A DNA stretch of 64,000 nt. Source: an archaeon (lineage in GTDB: Archaea; Asgardarchaeota; Thorarchaeia; Thorarchaeales; Thorarchaeaceae). Shown here one piece after another: positions 1 through 9,669 of the stretch. The stretch's first letter is position 1. Each line of letters begins with the position of its first letter. The notes below the pieces were generated by a model, which was not told where the DNA came from, searched no databases, and worked only from the letters and a program-made list of their open reading frames with translations. The translations under genes and the position numbers were made by a program. Location of the stretch: the NCBI GenBank assembly GCA_024276825.1, contig JAJRWI010000010.1:128001-192000 (forward strand). The letters run 5' to 3'.

Positions 1-1116
1 TTCAACACCACAGTTCTAGACTTCGCAAGTCTGTATCCGAGTATCATGAAGCAACACAATATAAGTTATGAAACCGTCGACTGCCCGCACGAAGAGTGCC
101 GGCTTGACCCATCAAGACGAGTTCCAGAAACGGGTCATTGGACATGCAAGAAGAGAAGGGGAATGATCAGCTCAACGATTGGATTCTTCAGGGACACGAG
201 GGTCAAGTGGTTCAAGTCCAAGAGCAAGGACAAGTCGATTGATGAAAGGACTCGAAACTGGTACAAAGTTGTAGAAAAGGCACTCAAAGTTTTTGTAAAT
301 GCTGCTTATGGCGTGACAGGAGCCCGGCATTTCGAACTGTTCTGTATGCCCGCTGCTGAAAGTGTTACAGCATATGGTCGTAATGCAATAATTCGAACAA
401 AGGAGAAGGCGGAGTCGATGGGCGTGCGGGTCCTTTATGGTGACACTGACTCGGTGTTTCTCGACAACCCTACCAATGAGCAACAGGAGGAGCTGGTGAG
501 ATGGTCTCGCAAGGTTCTCGGGATTGACCTCGAGGTTGAAAAGACCTTCAAGTATGTGGCACTCTCTGATAGAAAGAAGAACTACATTGGTGTATATTAT
601 TCGGGCGCAATTGAGGTGAAGGGTCTCAGCGGGAAGAAACGCAACACACCAAAGTTTGCTCAAGATGCCTTTCGGCAGATGCTGGAAGTGCTAAGCAAGG
701 TGGAGAGTGAAGATGGATTCGAGGCCGCAAAGGAGGAGATCCGTGAGATTGTTAATACTGTTATAGACAGATTAGAGGAGAAAGCTGAACCTTATCCCCT
801 TGAGGATCTCGCCTTCAGAGTTCAAATGACCAAGGACATTGATAAGTATGGCAAGGTGACACCGCAACATGTCACCGCTGCCAAGATGCTCAGGGATGCC
901 GGATACGATGTACCATCAGGCACCATCATCGAGTATATTAAGGTCAAGGGCAATCCTGGCGTCTTGCCAATCCAATTGGCAAAGAACAAGAACTACTGGA
1001 TTGATAAAGACCTGTATATTGACACACTCAGGTCCGTGTTTGAACAAGTGCTTGATTCTGTAGGCATTGATTTTGATGAGCTGCTCGGAGTCACCACACT
1101 GGATGACTTCTTCTGA
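1..1116 (+). CDS. polB: Family B DNA polymerase (PolB1-like), 5'-truncated by window edge
   Basis: Frame open from base 1 (FNTTVLDFASLYPSI). Motifs KVFVNAAYG, YGDTDS, RKKNYIGV, KGLSGKKRNTP; C-terminal PIP-box-like TTLDDFF. Confidence 0.95.
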   Translation, partial: FNTTVLDFASLYPSIMKQHNISYETVDCPHEECRLDPSRRVPETGHWTCKKRRGMISSTIGFFRDTRVKWFKSKSKDKSIDERTRNWYKVVEKALKVFVNAAYGVTGARHFELFCMPAAESVTAYGRNAIIRTKEKAESMGVRVLYGDTDSVFLDNPTNEQQEELVRWSRKVLGIDLEVEKTFKYVALSDRKKNYIGVYYSGAIEVKGLSGKKRNTPKFAQDAFRQMLEVLSKVESEDGFEAAKEEIREIVNTVIDRLEEKAEPYPLEDLAFRVQMTKDIDKYGKVTPQHVTAAKMLRDAGYDVPSGTIIEYIKVKGNPGVLPIQLAKNKNYWIDKDLYIDTLRSVFEQVLDSVGIDFDELLGVTTLDDFF

Positions 1117-1249
1117 TTCAGAAAGAGAAAACAATATCTTATGCCAAGTATATGACTCAAAAGTATTTAACACGGAAATTCTTATAGCGAACATAATCAA
1201 TTTACAAAAGCAGAAGAGTCTGGTTTGACCACGTCGGACGGGGTAAAAG

Positions 1250-2287
1250 ATGAAACAGAATTTCAGAGAATTCTTCATGCAGAAACTGCTTGTTTTAATC
1301 AGGCCCGAGGACATTGATGCTTCCGCAAAGGAGTTTATCTCAACATATGCATCGTACATGACCGAGGCGGGCATTGTAGCAAAGGATCCAAGTGGATATA
1401 CTCTTTATCCCAGCAAGTATGCACCCGTTGAGGAACAGCATAATGCATTCTTTGAAGAGTGGATCAATCTCACAGACTCACTTGGCATACACACAGCAGT
1501 GGGAATGGACTTCTATACCGACCGTTGGTTTGCCAAAGACCCCAAATATCAGACAGTGGCACCAAATGGGGTTCCCATGGAGCATCAGATTTGTCCGAAC
1601 CGTCCAGAGTTCTGGGAATATGGCGTAGAGATTGTTAAAGAGTTGGGACGATATCCCGCGATTCATGAGATTCTTGTCTTTGGCACCGGCTTCATCAGAG
1701 ACCATTTTTGCTTCTGTGAAAGATGCAAGAGAGAGTTTGCACCACTTGTCAATCAAGAGCCAGACAAATTGACATATGGGTATCTTACTGAAAACCCAGA
1801 ATATCATGAGAAATGGCACGAGTGGCGTTCTGAAAAGGTGTATCAAGGCATAATAATGCTTCAGAAGGCCGCTGAAGAGGTCAATCGTGAGGTGGAGAGA
1901 GAGAAGCCTCTGAGATTGACAATTGAGGTCCTTCTTGATCCTGAAACTGGTCTTATTAAAGGTGCAAGAAACGAGTATGGTTATGACCCATTGAAACTGC
2001 TCGAGATCACGAAGAGTGTGATGATAAACCTGTTTCCATGGTCCCCATTATTGCCAACACCGGGTTCAAAGGAGTATGATGATCTGATTGAAGCATTATA
2101 TTTTGCGACAGAGTTCAAGAGACGTGGTGGCACGGTTGCTCTGTTTAGATGGGGAGTTTCCAGCCTTGACCATCTGCATGAACTCAAGCAGATTGGAAAG
2201 GATGCTGGAATAGAGCGTTTCATTGGGACCCTGGGCTATCCAACAGATTACAGCATCAGAAGAGAGAGCGCTGTTGGGAACTATTGA
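1250..2287 (+). CDS. Putative glycoside-hydrolase-like (GHL10/GH42-like) TIM-barrel protein with Cys cluster
   Basis: ICPNRPEF...CFCERCKREF...WHEWR pattern; catalytic acidic residues not obvious. Confidence 0.5.
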   Translation: MKQNFREFFMQKLLVLIRPEDIDASAKEFISTYASYMTEAGIVAKDPSGYTLYPSKYAPVEEQHNAFFEEWINLTDSLGIHTAVGMDFYTDRWFAKDPKYQTVAPNGVPMEHQICPNRPEFWEYGVEIVKELGRYPAIHEILVFGTGFIRDHFCFCERCKREFAPLVNQEPDKLTYGYLTENPEYHEKWHEWRSEKVYQGIIMLQKAAEEVNREVEREKPLRLTIEVLLDPETGLIKGARNEYGYDPLKLLEITKSVMINLFPWSPLLPTPGSKEYDDLIEALYFATEFKRRGGTVALFRWGVSSLDHLHELKQIGKDAGIERFIGTLGYPTDYSIRRESAVGNY

Positions 2288-3186
2288 ATGCTCCCACAAT
2301 AAGGGCAAATGCTTGTATTTGGCTTGATGGACCTGCCACATGCAAAACAAAAGCTTGGCCGCACATTGTCCCTTGCGGACTCGTCCTTGAATGGGCTTAT
2401 CTCACCCTGAGCAAATAGTGATGCGATCCCACCAACAGATTCTTCAGACTCGCAATCGCAGGATGTAGTGCATGGCTCTTGAACAGCACGAGTCATCTCT
2501 TCCATCAGGCTCCTGTGTGTTCGATCACTATGTGGGCGTGAGCTCATAGAGCCCCTAATCGCACTACTAGAAGTTGCTCCTATGGATCTTCTATCAGTAG
2601 GATAGTCCCGTGAGCCAAACACTCTTGATTCAGTTCTTCCTGTGTGAAAATCCGGCTTTTTAGAACTCAAGACCCTGTCTAGTTCATCAAAGTCCCTTCG
2701 ATAGTCGTCCGAACCAAACCCGGGATCTATTGCAGGACGACTGACAGTTCTGGAAAGAATGGACTCATTGGACCATTCATCATCGATTGGGGACAGACCA
2801 CGAGCAGCGCGAACGAATTTGATATGTGAGTCTTCTTTCAATCGAACGTAGTCCTGCTTTGATAGACCGAGAACCTCCAAGGCCCTGTCCCGATCTGGAC
2901 ATCTCTTGGAGAGAGGACAACAAAACGCAAGACTCCCATGACATAGGGCGGCCATTGCCCGTTCCTGTCTTGACTTGAATATGGGAGTTATGCGTTTCCG
3001 GCCCAGAAATAGAGAGTCGCCCACAGTACGGATTTGTGAGTATCCGCTCTGCGCCAATGCTTCTACAACCTCTCGTGCAGGATATACACGGCCTTCAATG
3101 ATAACAAAGCCCTCGGTCTTGTCAAGACGTACGGGACGTTCTTTCTGTTCAGGTTCGTTGTATCGTCGATAGCTCGTTATGGCCAC
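2281..3186 (-). CDS. Hypothetical protein: methanogenesis-marker-9-like Cys motif, S/R-rich disordered linker, C-terminal zinc ribbon
   Basis: LCHGSLAFCCPLSKRCPDRDRAL; C-terminal CFACG...CPYCG. Confidence 0.6.
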   Translation of the reverse strand: MAITSYRRYNEPEQKERPVRLDKTEGFVIIEGRVYPAREVVEALAQSGYSQIRTVGDSLFLGRKRITPIFKSRQERAMAALCHGSLAFCCPLSKRCPDRDRALEVLGLSKQDYVRLKEDSHIKFVRAARGLSPIDDEWSNESILSRTVSRPAIDPGFGSDDYRRDFDELDRVLSSKKPDFHTGRTESRVFGSRDYPTDRRSIGATSSSAIRGSMSSRPHSDRTHRSLMEEMTRAVQEPCTTSCDCESEESVGGIASLFAQGEISPFKDESARDNVRPSFCFACGRSIKPNTSICPYCGSIQ

Positions 3187-3312
3187 CTCTCTATTTCAAT
3201 CTATTAGACACGCCTGAGAGAATAGAATTCTATGTAATGTGTCGGTATTACTTGCAATTGAAGAAGCAGAATCGTTTTATCGCATGAAAGACCATCGGAA
3301 CACAGGTATCAT

Positions 3313-3705
3313 GTGGAAATACAGGTGAAATCTATGGGATGTAAAGCAGAAGGCGCAGCACAGGGCTACACTGTGCTTGGAGGAATTGTTCTTGGAATAT
3401 ATGCCATTCAGTTCCTAATAAACGGAATTAACCAGTTGGCATCAGATGCTGGAACTGCCATGATAGACATAATTCTTGCAATAACATTGATCTTAATGGT
3501 GATTCTTGCCTTTGACGCAAGCGGCTTCATTACTTGGAAGGTCAAGAGGAATGGACTGTTGCTCGCCCTTTTTGGTTTTATAGCAATAATCATTGTGCAG
3601 AGAGGAATAGCATTTGACATCATTGCATGGTTGACCAGCATTGGAACACTTGCGGGTCTCATGATAATGTTGGCAGGACTTCTGATCATGTTCAAAGGCA
3701 CATAG
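3313..3705 (+). CDS. Small ~4-TM membrane protein
   Basis: Four hydrophobic segments; resembles 5213..5539. Confidence 0.7.
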   Translation: MEIQVKSMGCKAEGAAQGYTVLGGIVLGIYAIQFLINGINQLASDAGTAMIDIILAITLILMVILAFDASGFITWKVKRNGLLLALFGFIAIIIVQRGIAFDIIAWLTSIGTLAGLMIMLAGLLIMFKGT

Positions 3706-3710
3706 TCTGC

Positions 3711-3738
3711 AGGGGACATTTCCCCTCTCATTTTTTTT
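3711..3738 (+). terminator. Hairpin plus T-run terminator
   Basis: AGGGGA-CATT-TCCCCT followed by T8, just after the stop at 3705. Confidence 0.6.
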
Positions 3739-3797
3739 CGCTTATCACAAATTAGATAACTAAGTTATAGGCGGCTAGCACACCTTCAGAAAGGACA

Positions 3798-5156
3798 GTG
3801 ACTGTTATGAATGAGAAGCATATCAGGATTCTCCGAGATCTGGGCTTTAATGATATCACTTCAGAAAAGATGACTAATGATTATTGGAAGGCTAGGGCGG
3901 CTGATGCCCTTGCAATAACCACTCAGGACAGGGATGTTTATGGATGTTTTGACCACACTCGTGGAGAGGGTGTGATTATTTACGACATTGAGGGAAAAGA
4001 GTTCCTTGATGTTACTGGCGGGGTTGCGGTGAGAGCTTTCGGGCTTCGATACAAGCCACTGCTGGAGTTTGAGTCAGAAATTCATGATGTCATCAAAGAA
4101 CTCCCTGGCATGGACTTTGATGCAATTCCGCAGACACTGCTGGCAGAGAAACTCGCATCAATCACTCCAGGGACTCATAAAAAACGTGTCGTATTCACCA
4201 CCTCTGGAGGTCGTGCAGTAGAGGGCTGCATGAAGTCCGCAATGGATCTTTCCGGGAATCGCAGATTTGTAGCATTCAGACCCGCATTTCATGGCAGGAC
4301 AGGCTATGCATTGTCTTTAACTTCCACTAATTCGAAACATAAGAACAAGTTCCCACAGGGAGTAGATGTTGTAAGGGTCTTCTATCCCTATTGCTATCGC
4401 TGTCCATATGGCCAGAACGAGGAGGATTGCAACCTTGAGTGTGTTGAGGCCCTACGATATGCGCTTCAGGTTGAAGGGAATGACATAGCAGCCACAGTGA
4501 TGGAACCAATTTGTGGAGAGGGTGGGCTGATAGTCCCCCCATCAAAGGCGGTGAAGGGCATGTATGAGGCCACCAAGGAGATTGGTGCATATTTCATGTC
4601 AGATGAGGTTCAGGCAGGAATGGGCCGTACTGGTAAATGGTGTGCAATTGAAAATCATGGTGTTATTCCTGACTATATCTCGATGGCAAAGGCGCTAGGA
4701 GGAGGATACCCACTCGGTGCCTCGATTGGTCCAGTACCAATGTACACCGAGGGTTCAAGGCATTCTGAAACTTTCTCAGCAGAACCAAAGATGTCGCTAC
4801 TCTCACTCTGGATCATAAGGCAGATTGAGACTGGAGGATACTTGAAGAAGAACGCAGAGAATGGTGCGTATCTCCTCAAAAGATTGAATGAACTGAAGGA
4901 GAAGCATGAGGTAGTTGGTGATGCACGAGGCATAGGTCTGATGTGTGGTGTCGAGATTGTCAAGGACAAGCGGTCCAAGGAGAGAGCACCCAAGATTAGA
5001 GACCGCATTGTCAAGACAGCTGTGAACAAGTACAATCTACTCGTCCTTGGTGCCGGTCCCAACTCAATCAGATTCACTCCAAGTTATATCATAACCCAAG
5101 AGCAGATAGACGAGGCAGTGAGCAGATTGGACAGGGCAATCTCAGACTCTACCTGA
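3798..5156 (+). CDS. Class III PLP-dependent aminotransferase
   Basis: FHGRT, MEPICGEGG, DEVQAGMGRTG, MAKALGGG motifs. Confidence 0.9.
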   Translation: MTVMNEKHIRILRDLGFNDITSEKMTNDYWKARAADALAITTQDRDVYGCFDHTRGEGVIIYDIEGKEFLDVTGGVAVRAFGLRYKPLLEFESEIHDVIKELPGMDFDAIPQTLLAEKLASITPGTHKKRVVFTTSGGRAVEGCMKSAMDLSGNRRFVAFRPAFHGRTGYALSLTSTNSKHKNKFPQGVDVVRVFYPYCYRCPYGQNEEDCNLECVEALRYALQVEGNDIAATVMEPICGEGGLIVPPSKAVKGMYEATKEIGAYFMSDEVQAGMGRTGKWCAIENHGVIPDYISMAKALGGGYPLGASIGPVPMYTEGSRHSETFSAEPKMSLLSLWIIRQIETGGYLKKNAENGAYLLKRLNELKEKHEVVGDARGIGLMCGVEIVKDKRSKERAPKIRDRIVKTAVNKYNLLVLGAGPNSIRFTPSYIITQEQIDEAVSRLDRAISDST

Positions 5157-5179
5157 CCAATATTCAGAAAGATAAAAGC

Positions 5180-5205
5180 AGGTCTCTGGCAATTGTCAGA
5201 GACCT
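5180..5205. terminator. 26-bp near-perfect palindrome between convergent genes
   Basis: AGGTCTCTGGCAATTGTCAGAGACCT, one G-T pair. Confidence 0.55.
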
Positions 5206-5212
5206 AATTGTT

Positions 5213-5539
5213 CTATTTTATTACCAAGAGAATTGCACCGATAATGACGAGAATGCCTCCCAGCGAGCTTCCGAAGACATAAAGCAAAATACCCACGATC
5301 AGAACGACAAGCCACTTCTCTTTGAATTCAAGGGCCTTTATCTTTACAAACCCTGCATTCACTAATGCTATCAGTGCGAAGAGAATTGCTAGGGTTCCCA
5401 GTATTAGGTTGTCTAGACCCAGTGGGAATCCGGGCAGAATGCTATGACCCATATCAAGGATTGTTAAAATTCCCTCCAGTAATCCAAGAAGTCCACCCAG
5501 TAATATTAGCAAACTCCCAATTTTTTTCAAATCAGCCAT
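5213..5539 (-). CDS. Small ~4-TM membrane protein
   Basis: Hydrophobic Gly/Leu/Ile-rich helices. Confidence 0.75.
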   Translation of the reverse strand: MADLKKIGSLLILLGGLLGLLEGILTILDMGHSILPGFPLGLDNLILGTLAILFALIALVNAGFVKIKALEFKEKWLVVLIVGILLYVFGSSLGGILVIIGAILLVIK

Positions 5540-5630
5540 ATTTTCACCATCTTAGTTCATATTTGTTTTGATTGCTTTTGCAAGAATTGTGTGATTATGC
5601 CATCATTTATCTCATCGCAAAGTTCAGATA

Positions 5631-6317
5631 TTATTTGATAAATTGAATAATATTATTGATTATTAGTTGTAATGCTTCTAAGGACTTGCCAACATTGCCA
5701 TCCACTTCTAGACTGTGATCGGCATCTTGGACTCTGACATCCACGCCCTTGGTTGTTTGAACAATCTCATTGAGAGTCTGTTCGTCATAATGAGGATCAT
5801 TGGTGCCAATGATGAACAGAGATGTGGGCTTCTGTCGCTGAATCTGCTTGTACAATATTTCCTGCTTCAGGAGGGGAGTCAGCCAGATGAATTTCTGTTC
5901 ATTAATTCTCGACTTGCTTTCGGTCAAGTGGCCGAGTGCGAGCGTACCAATTGATTTTCCAACAAGCACATCGATATGAATACCAGCGTCAACAGCAGCC
6001 GCATAAATGTTTTCGGCTTCTGAATAAATCACATTGCGACGTTTGTCCCAATTCATCTCAAGAAACTCTGCCCAATCAGAGTAATTGGTTTCAGCAGCAA
6101 GCACGTTATAGCCAAGCTGGATAAGAGCTTTGGTCGTGTAATAAAGCAAAGGCATTCTGCAGTTGTAAGCAAGACCAGGAAAAACAATTGCAGTTTGGGC
6201 GGTTACTCGCTTCTGGCGATAAAGAGTGTTTGATATAGGCCGGTCATTATAACCCCTAATGTCAATAGACGAGTATGTGAAACACATAGTAATCACAGAG
6301 TCTATCATAAGGCTCAT
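5631..6317 (-). CDS. Alpha/beta hydrolase
   Basis: GKSIG nucleophile elbow, GTND, DADHSL catalytic triad pattern. Confidence 0.8.
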   Translation of the reverse strand: MSLMIDSVITMCFTYSSIDIRGYNDRPISNTLYRQKRVTAQTAIVFPGLAYNCRMPLLYYTTKALIQLGYNVLAAETNYSDWAEFLEMNWDKRRNVIYSEAENIYAAAVDAGIHIDVLVGKSIGTLALGHLTESKSRINEQKFIWLTPLLKQEILYKQIQRQKPTSLFIIGTNDPHYDEQTLNEIVQTTKGVDVRVQDADHSLEVDGNVGKSLEALQLIINNIIQFIK

Positions 6318-6423
6318 GAATTAAAGATTGTCAGTCAAGCGAACATTTATTATGCAACAAAAGCGAGAATGTATCAAACAATAAGGAGGTAATAATGTAT
6401 GGCAAAAGATTTCAGGTGGGATC

Positions 6424-6657
6424 GTGTTTGTCAGACGCTCGTTCTTAGCTTTGCCTCCTTCTGCGAAGTTTGTCTACGTGCTTCTTAAAAACAGTCGCCG
6501 GATGTCCCGGCAAGATTTGATTGATTCTACATTTCTACCCCCAAGAACAGTCAACTATGGTCTCAGTCGATTGAAGGCCTTAGGACTGATAAGGGAGATG
6601 GAGCACAAAGATGACGCGCGGGAGAGGGTATACGAGCTTGTGTCTGTACCAATGTGA
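6424..6657 (+). CDS. Small winged-HTH (MarR/ArsR-like) protein
   Basis: LPPSAKFVY...LPPRTVNYGLSRLKALGLI...DARERVY. Confidence 0.75.
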   Translation: MFVRRSFLALPPSAKFVYVLLKNSRRMSRQDLIDSTFLPPRTVNYGLSRLKALGLIREMEHKDDARERVYELVSVPM

Positions 6658-6787
6658 TCCGGCAAAGGAAGCACATGTCTGGAAGCCCCAGAGATGGCTT
6701 CCACCATATTGATTAGGATGACCTCTCCAAAACGCTCATAACCCACAGCCATCCCAAGGGATGCGTCATAAGAGAGAGGACATTACC

Positions 6788-8146
6788 ATGAACTTCTACA
6801 CTAATGCGGGTGTTGAACCAATAGGAGAGCTGAAAAGAACGCACTTCACTTCTGAGATTACACCTGAGATTGTAGGCAAAAAGGTCACTCTATTCGGATG
6901 GGTTCACATACTCAGGGACAAGGGAAAGATCAAGTTCTTGATACTGCGTGATGAACATGGAACAGTTCAGGTGACAATACCGCAGAAAAAAGTCACAGAG
7001 GTAGTGTTTAGTACTTCAGCCAAATTGAAACCCGAATATGCAATTGCTGTGACTGGTAAGGTTGTAGAGGCCAAGCAAGTCGCCAGTGGCGTCGAGATCA
7101 TCCCCACGATGATCAGAATAATCAATACTGCTGAGAGACTTCCAATTGATGTTGTTGAGGGCAAAGTGGACATTGATCTTGACACACGACTCAATCATAG
7201 GATATTGGACCTTCGCAAGCCAACAATCAATGCAATATTCAGGATTCAACACTCACTGGTCAGATTTGCAAGAGAGTTTCTTGAGAACAGAGATTTCGTG
7301 GAGATTCACACCCCCAAGATTGTGGCGGAGGCCACTGAGGGCGGTGCTAATCTGTTTGAGATAAAATACTTTGAGCGTCGTGCATTTCTGGCCCAGAGCC
7401 CGCAGTTCTACAAACAGCTGATGCTTCTTGCTGGATTTGGAAGAGTCTTTGAAATAGGACCAGTGTTTCGGGCTGAGAAACACAACACCAGACGACACAT
7501 CAATGAGTATACATCATTTGACTTTGAGATGGCATGGATTAACAGTGTAGAAGATGTAATGGACATGGAAGAACGAATGTTACATCACGCATTCAAAAAG
7601 ACCCGCGAGGCCGCTGCCACCGAGTTGGAGTTATTGGGAGTTGATCTGAAGGTGCCGAAGGTGCCTTTTAAGAGGATAAAGTATGCAGAGGTCATAGACC
7701 TTCTTAACGATGCAGGAAAAGAGATCACTATTCATGATGACCTCGACCCCGAGTCAGAGCGACTGCTCGCCGAGATATTCAATGAGAAGTTCAAGTCAGA
7801 CCTCGTCTTTATAACACACTACCCGCTTGAATTGCGTCCAGCATACACGATGCCAAGCCTGACGGAACAGGGAATGACAGAGAGTTTTGATCTGACTTAC
7901 AAGGGCATGGAGATCACAACAGGTGGTCAGAGAATTCATCTCTATGACTTACTTGTCGATCGCTTTAAAGCAAAGGGGTTCAATCCCGATGACTTTGGGT
8001 TTTATCTTAATCCGTTCAAATATGGAGCTCCCCCACATGGGGGTCTCGGGCTGGGTGTCGAGCGATTGACTATGCAACTTCTTGGAATAGAGAATATTCG
8101 AGAGGCCACACTTTTGCCAAGAGACCGCGACAGACTCACACCATAA
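6788..8146 (+). CDS. aspS: Aspartate--tRNA ligase, archaeal type
   Basis: OB fold [48 protein letters not shown]; start at 6788 follows GAGAGGA. Confidence 0.95.
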   Translation: MNFYTNAGVEPIGELKRTHFTSEITPEIVGKKVTLFGWVHILRDKGKIKFLILRDEHGTVQVTIPQKKVTEVVFSTSAKLKPEYAIAVTGKVVEAKQVASGVEIIPTMIRIINTAERLPIDVVEGKVDIDLDTRLNHRILDLRKPTINAIFRIQHSLVRFAREFLENRDFVEIHTPKIVAEATEGGANLFEIKYFERRAFLAQSPQFYKQLMLLAGFGRVFEIGPVFRAEKHNTRRHINEYTSFDFEMAWINSVEDVMDMEERMLHHAFKKTREAAATELELLGVDLKVPKVPFKRIKYAEVIDLLNDAGKEITIHDDLDPESERLLAEIFNEKFKSDLVFITHYPLELRPAYTMPSLTEQGMTESFDLTYKGMEITTGGQRIHLYDLLVDRFKAKGFNPDDFGFYLNPFKYGAPPHGGLGLGVERLTMQLLGIENIREATLLPRDRDRLTP

Positions 8147-8183
8147 TACTCTGTACAAGTAATACTTGGTCTTAAAGACCTAG

Positions 8184-8987
8184 ATGGGAGTCTTAACATA
8201 TCTTCTCAGTGAGAGGAAGGAACACCAAAGGGAAGAACCGATGTACCTGCGAGTCCAATCAGAACTCTACGCATCAATAGCCACACTTGACAGACTGAAG
8301 AAGATGTATAATGTGGGGGTAGTTGACCCAAGGTCTTTTCAGCGAGAGTCTGAGGCCCTGATGATGGACGTGCAGGAACGTATTTCTGAGATGCGCAGGA
8401 TGGGAGTGGATTTCGGATCATTTCTCATGAATGAACGGATCATGGATGCCTTTCCTGATGCTGTGGAGATGCTTGGTATTCGTGGACCCAGTCAGACGCC
8501 TATTCAGAGAGGAATGACCAGAGAAGAGTATTTTGACTATCTGGGGCTCGCAGTCCTTGATGTCGCCACTGCAAATGCCTCCAAGGGACTGATGAGCCTT
8601 GCTGACATGATTGTTGAGGTCTCAAAGCTGTTGCCCCACCTTAAACCAATAAATTACAACGATGTGATAGAGGCAGTTAATATAGTTTCACACCATGGAC
8701 TGATTCCTGGAATAAGAACACTGCAGTGTGGTGTAAAGGTTGTTGAACTGAGACCTCTAGAACTTCGTGGCGATCAGGCAGAGGTTGTCAACCTAGCTGC
8801 GACAAAGGGCTATACAACAGTTGAGGAAGTGATGATAGCACTCAACTGGTCGAAGGATCATGCCACTCAGGTATTGAACAGCCTTGTTGATGCAGGGATG
8901 GCTGTTGCAGATAAGAAGTACTCTACAGGCTTCAAGTATTGGTTCCCTGGCCTTCGAGCAAGAGATAATTCAGACAGAGAAGACTGA
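8184..8987 (+). CDS. ESCRT-I Vps28 N-terminal-like domain fused to ESCRT-II Vps22/36 (EAP30) winged helices; probable start 8241
   Basis: SELYASIATLDRLKKMYNVGVVDPRSFQRESEALM resembles the Vps28 N-terminal hairpin. EEYFDYLGLAVLDV...GLMSL...PLELRGDQAEVVNLA..KGYTT...W....A.QVL..LV.AGMA...YWFPGL resembles Vps22. Confidence 0.8.
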   Translation: MGVLTYLLSERKEHQREEPMYLRVQSELYASIATLDRLKKMYNVGVVDPRSFQRESEALMMDVQERISEMRRMGVDFGSFLMNERIMDAFPDAVEMLGIRGPSQTPIQRGMTREEYFDYLGLAVLDVATANASKGLMSLADMIVEVSKLLPHLKPINYNDVIEAVNIVSHHGLIPGIRTLQCGVKVVELRPLELRGDQAEVVNLAATKGYTTVEEVMIALNWSKDHATQVLNSLVDAGMAVADKKYSTGFKYWFPGLRARDNSDRED

Positions 8988-8988
8988 T

Positions 8989-9666
8989 TCAGACCTTAAG
9001 TCGGATTGCACCCTTCTTCTTATCAACCCATACAGCAAGCTTGTTCTCGACAAGTATGCCAAGGATTTCAAGGAGGTCCTTCTCTGGAAGTGTCGAGAAC
9101 GCAAGCTTGTTGTTCTGTATCACTAGTGACTTCACATCGATGCGAGTGCTACCAGTTTTAAGTGCCCAGCGATATACAATCTGTGCCCATTCCTCAAGGG
9201 GTCTCCAGTGAATCCTCAGTTGCTTTCTATGAGTGCCAATCCATTCTGCCAGCCCTTTGTCGACAAGAATATCTGCTATAATGTTGAACGCCCTAGCCTT
9301 GTCCAAGATCTCTCTGAAGGGTCTGGTTGTGATGAACAGAGACACTGATACAACATGCATATTCATATATTCGGCCCATTCAAGAAGGAAGTCTGCCCAT
9401 TCTTCTGCCCACAATGGTACTGCTTCTTTAGACTCTGGAACATAATACATCCAATGTGCCTGTGAGCTGTCACCCCAAGAGGGTAGAAACGGTCCTAATG
9501 ATGGCTCCTCTTCCATCTTAGATTGTGACTCGTGAACATCATGAACTGCTGCTTGTGCAACCTGAGTTTCATTGATTTCTTCAGTCCTAGCAGTGGGGAG
9601 CGTTCTTGGTCGTTCTGGTTTTGGTTTCGCCTTTGCGCGTCGGCTAATTTTCTCATGAACACTCAT
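8989..9666 (-). CDS. vps25: ESCRT-II Vps25-like protein
   Basis: WAEEWADFLLEW, LVDKGLAEW, IHWRPLEEWAQIVYRWA, LPEKDLLEILGILVENKLA tandem winged helices; ESCRT context. Confidence 0.85.
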   Translation of the reverse strand: MSVHEKISRRAKAKPKPERPRTLPTARTEEINETQVAQAAVHDVHESQSKMEEEPSLGPFLPSWGDSSQAHWMYYVPESKEAVPLWAEEWADFLLEWAEYMNMHVVSVSLFITTRPFREILDKARAFNIIADILVDKGLAEWIGTHRKQLRIHWRPLEEWAQIVYRWALKTGSTRIDVKSLVIQNNKLAFSTLPEKDLLEILGILVENKLAVWVDKKKGAIRLKV

Positions 9667-9669
9667 TGG

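Noticed and set aside
6788-8146. Calling AspRS discriminating versus non-discriminating
   Set aside because: Signals are mixed (His in GWVH but no Pro in the QVASG loop); this cannot be decided from sequence alone.
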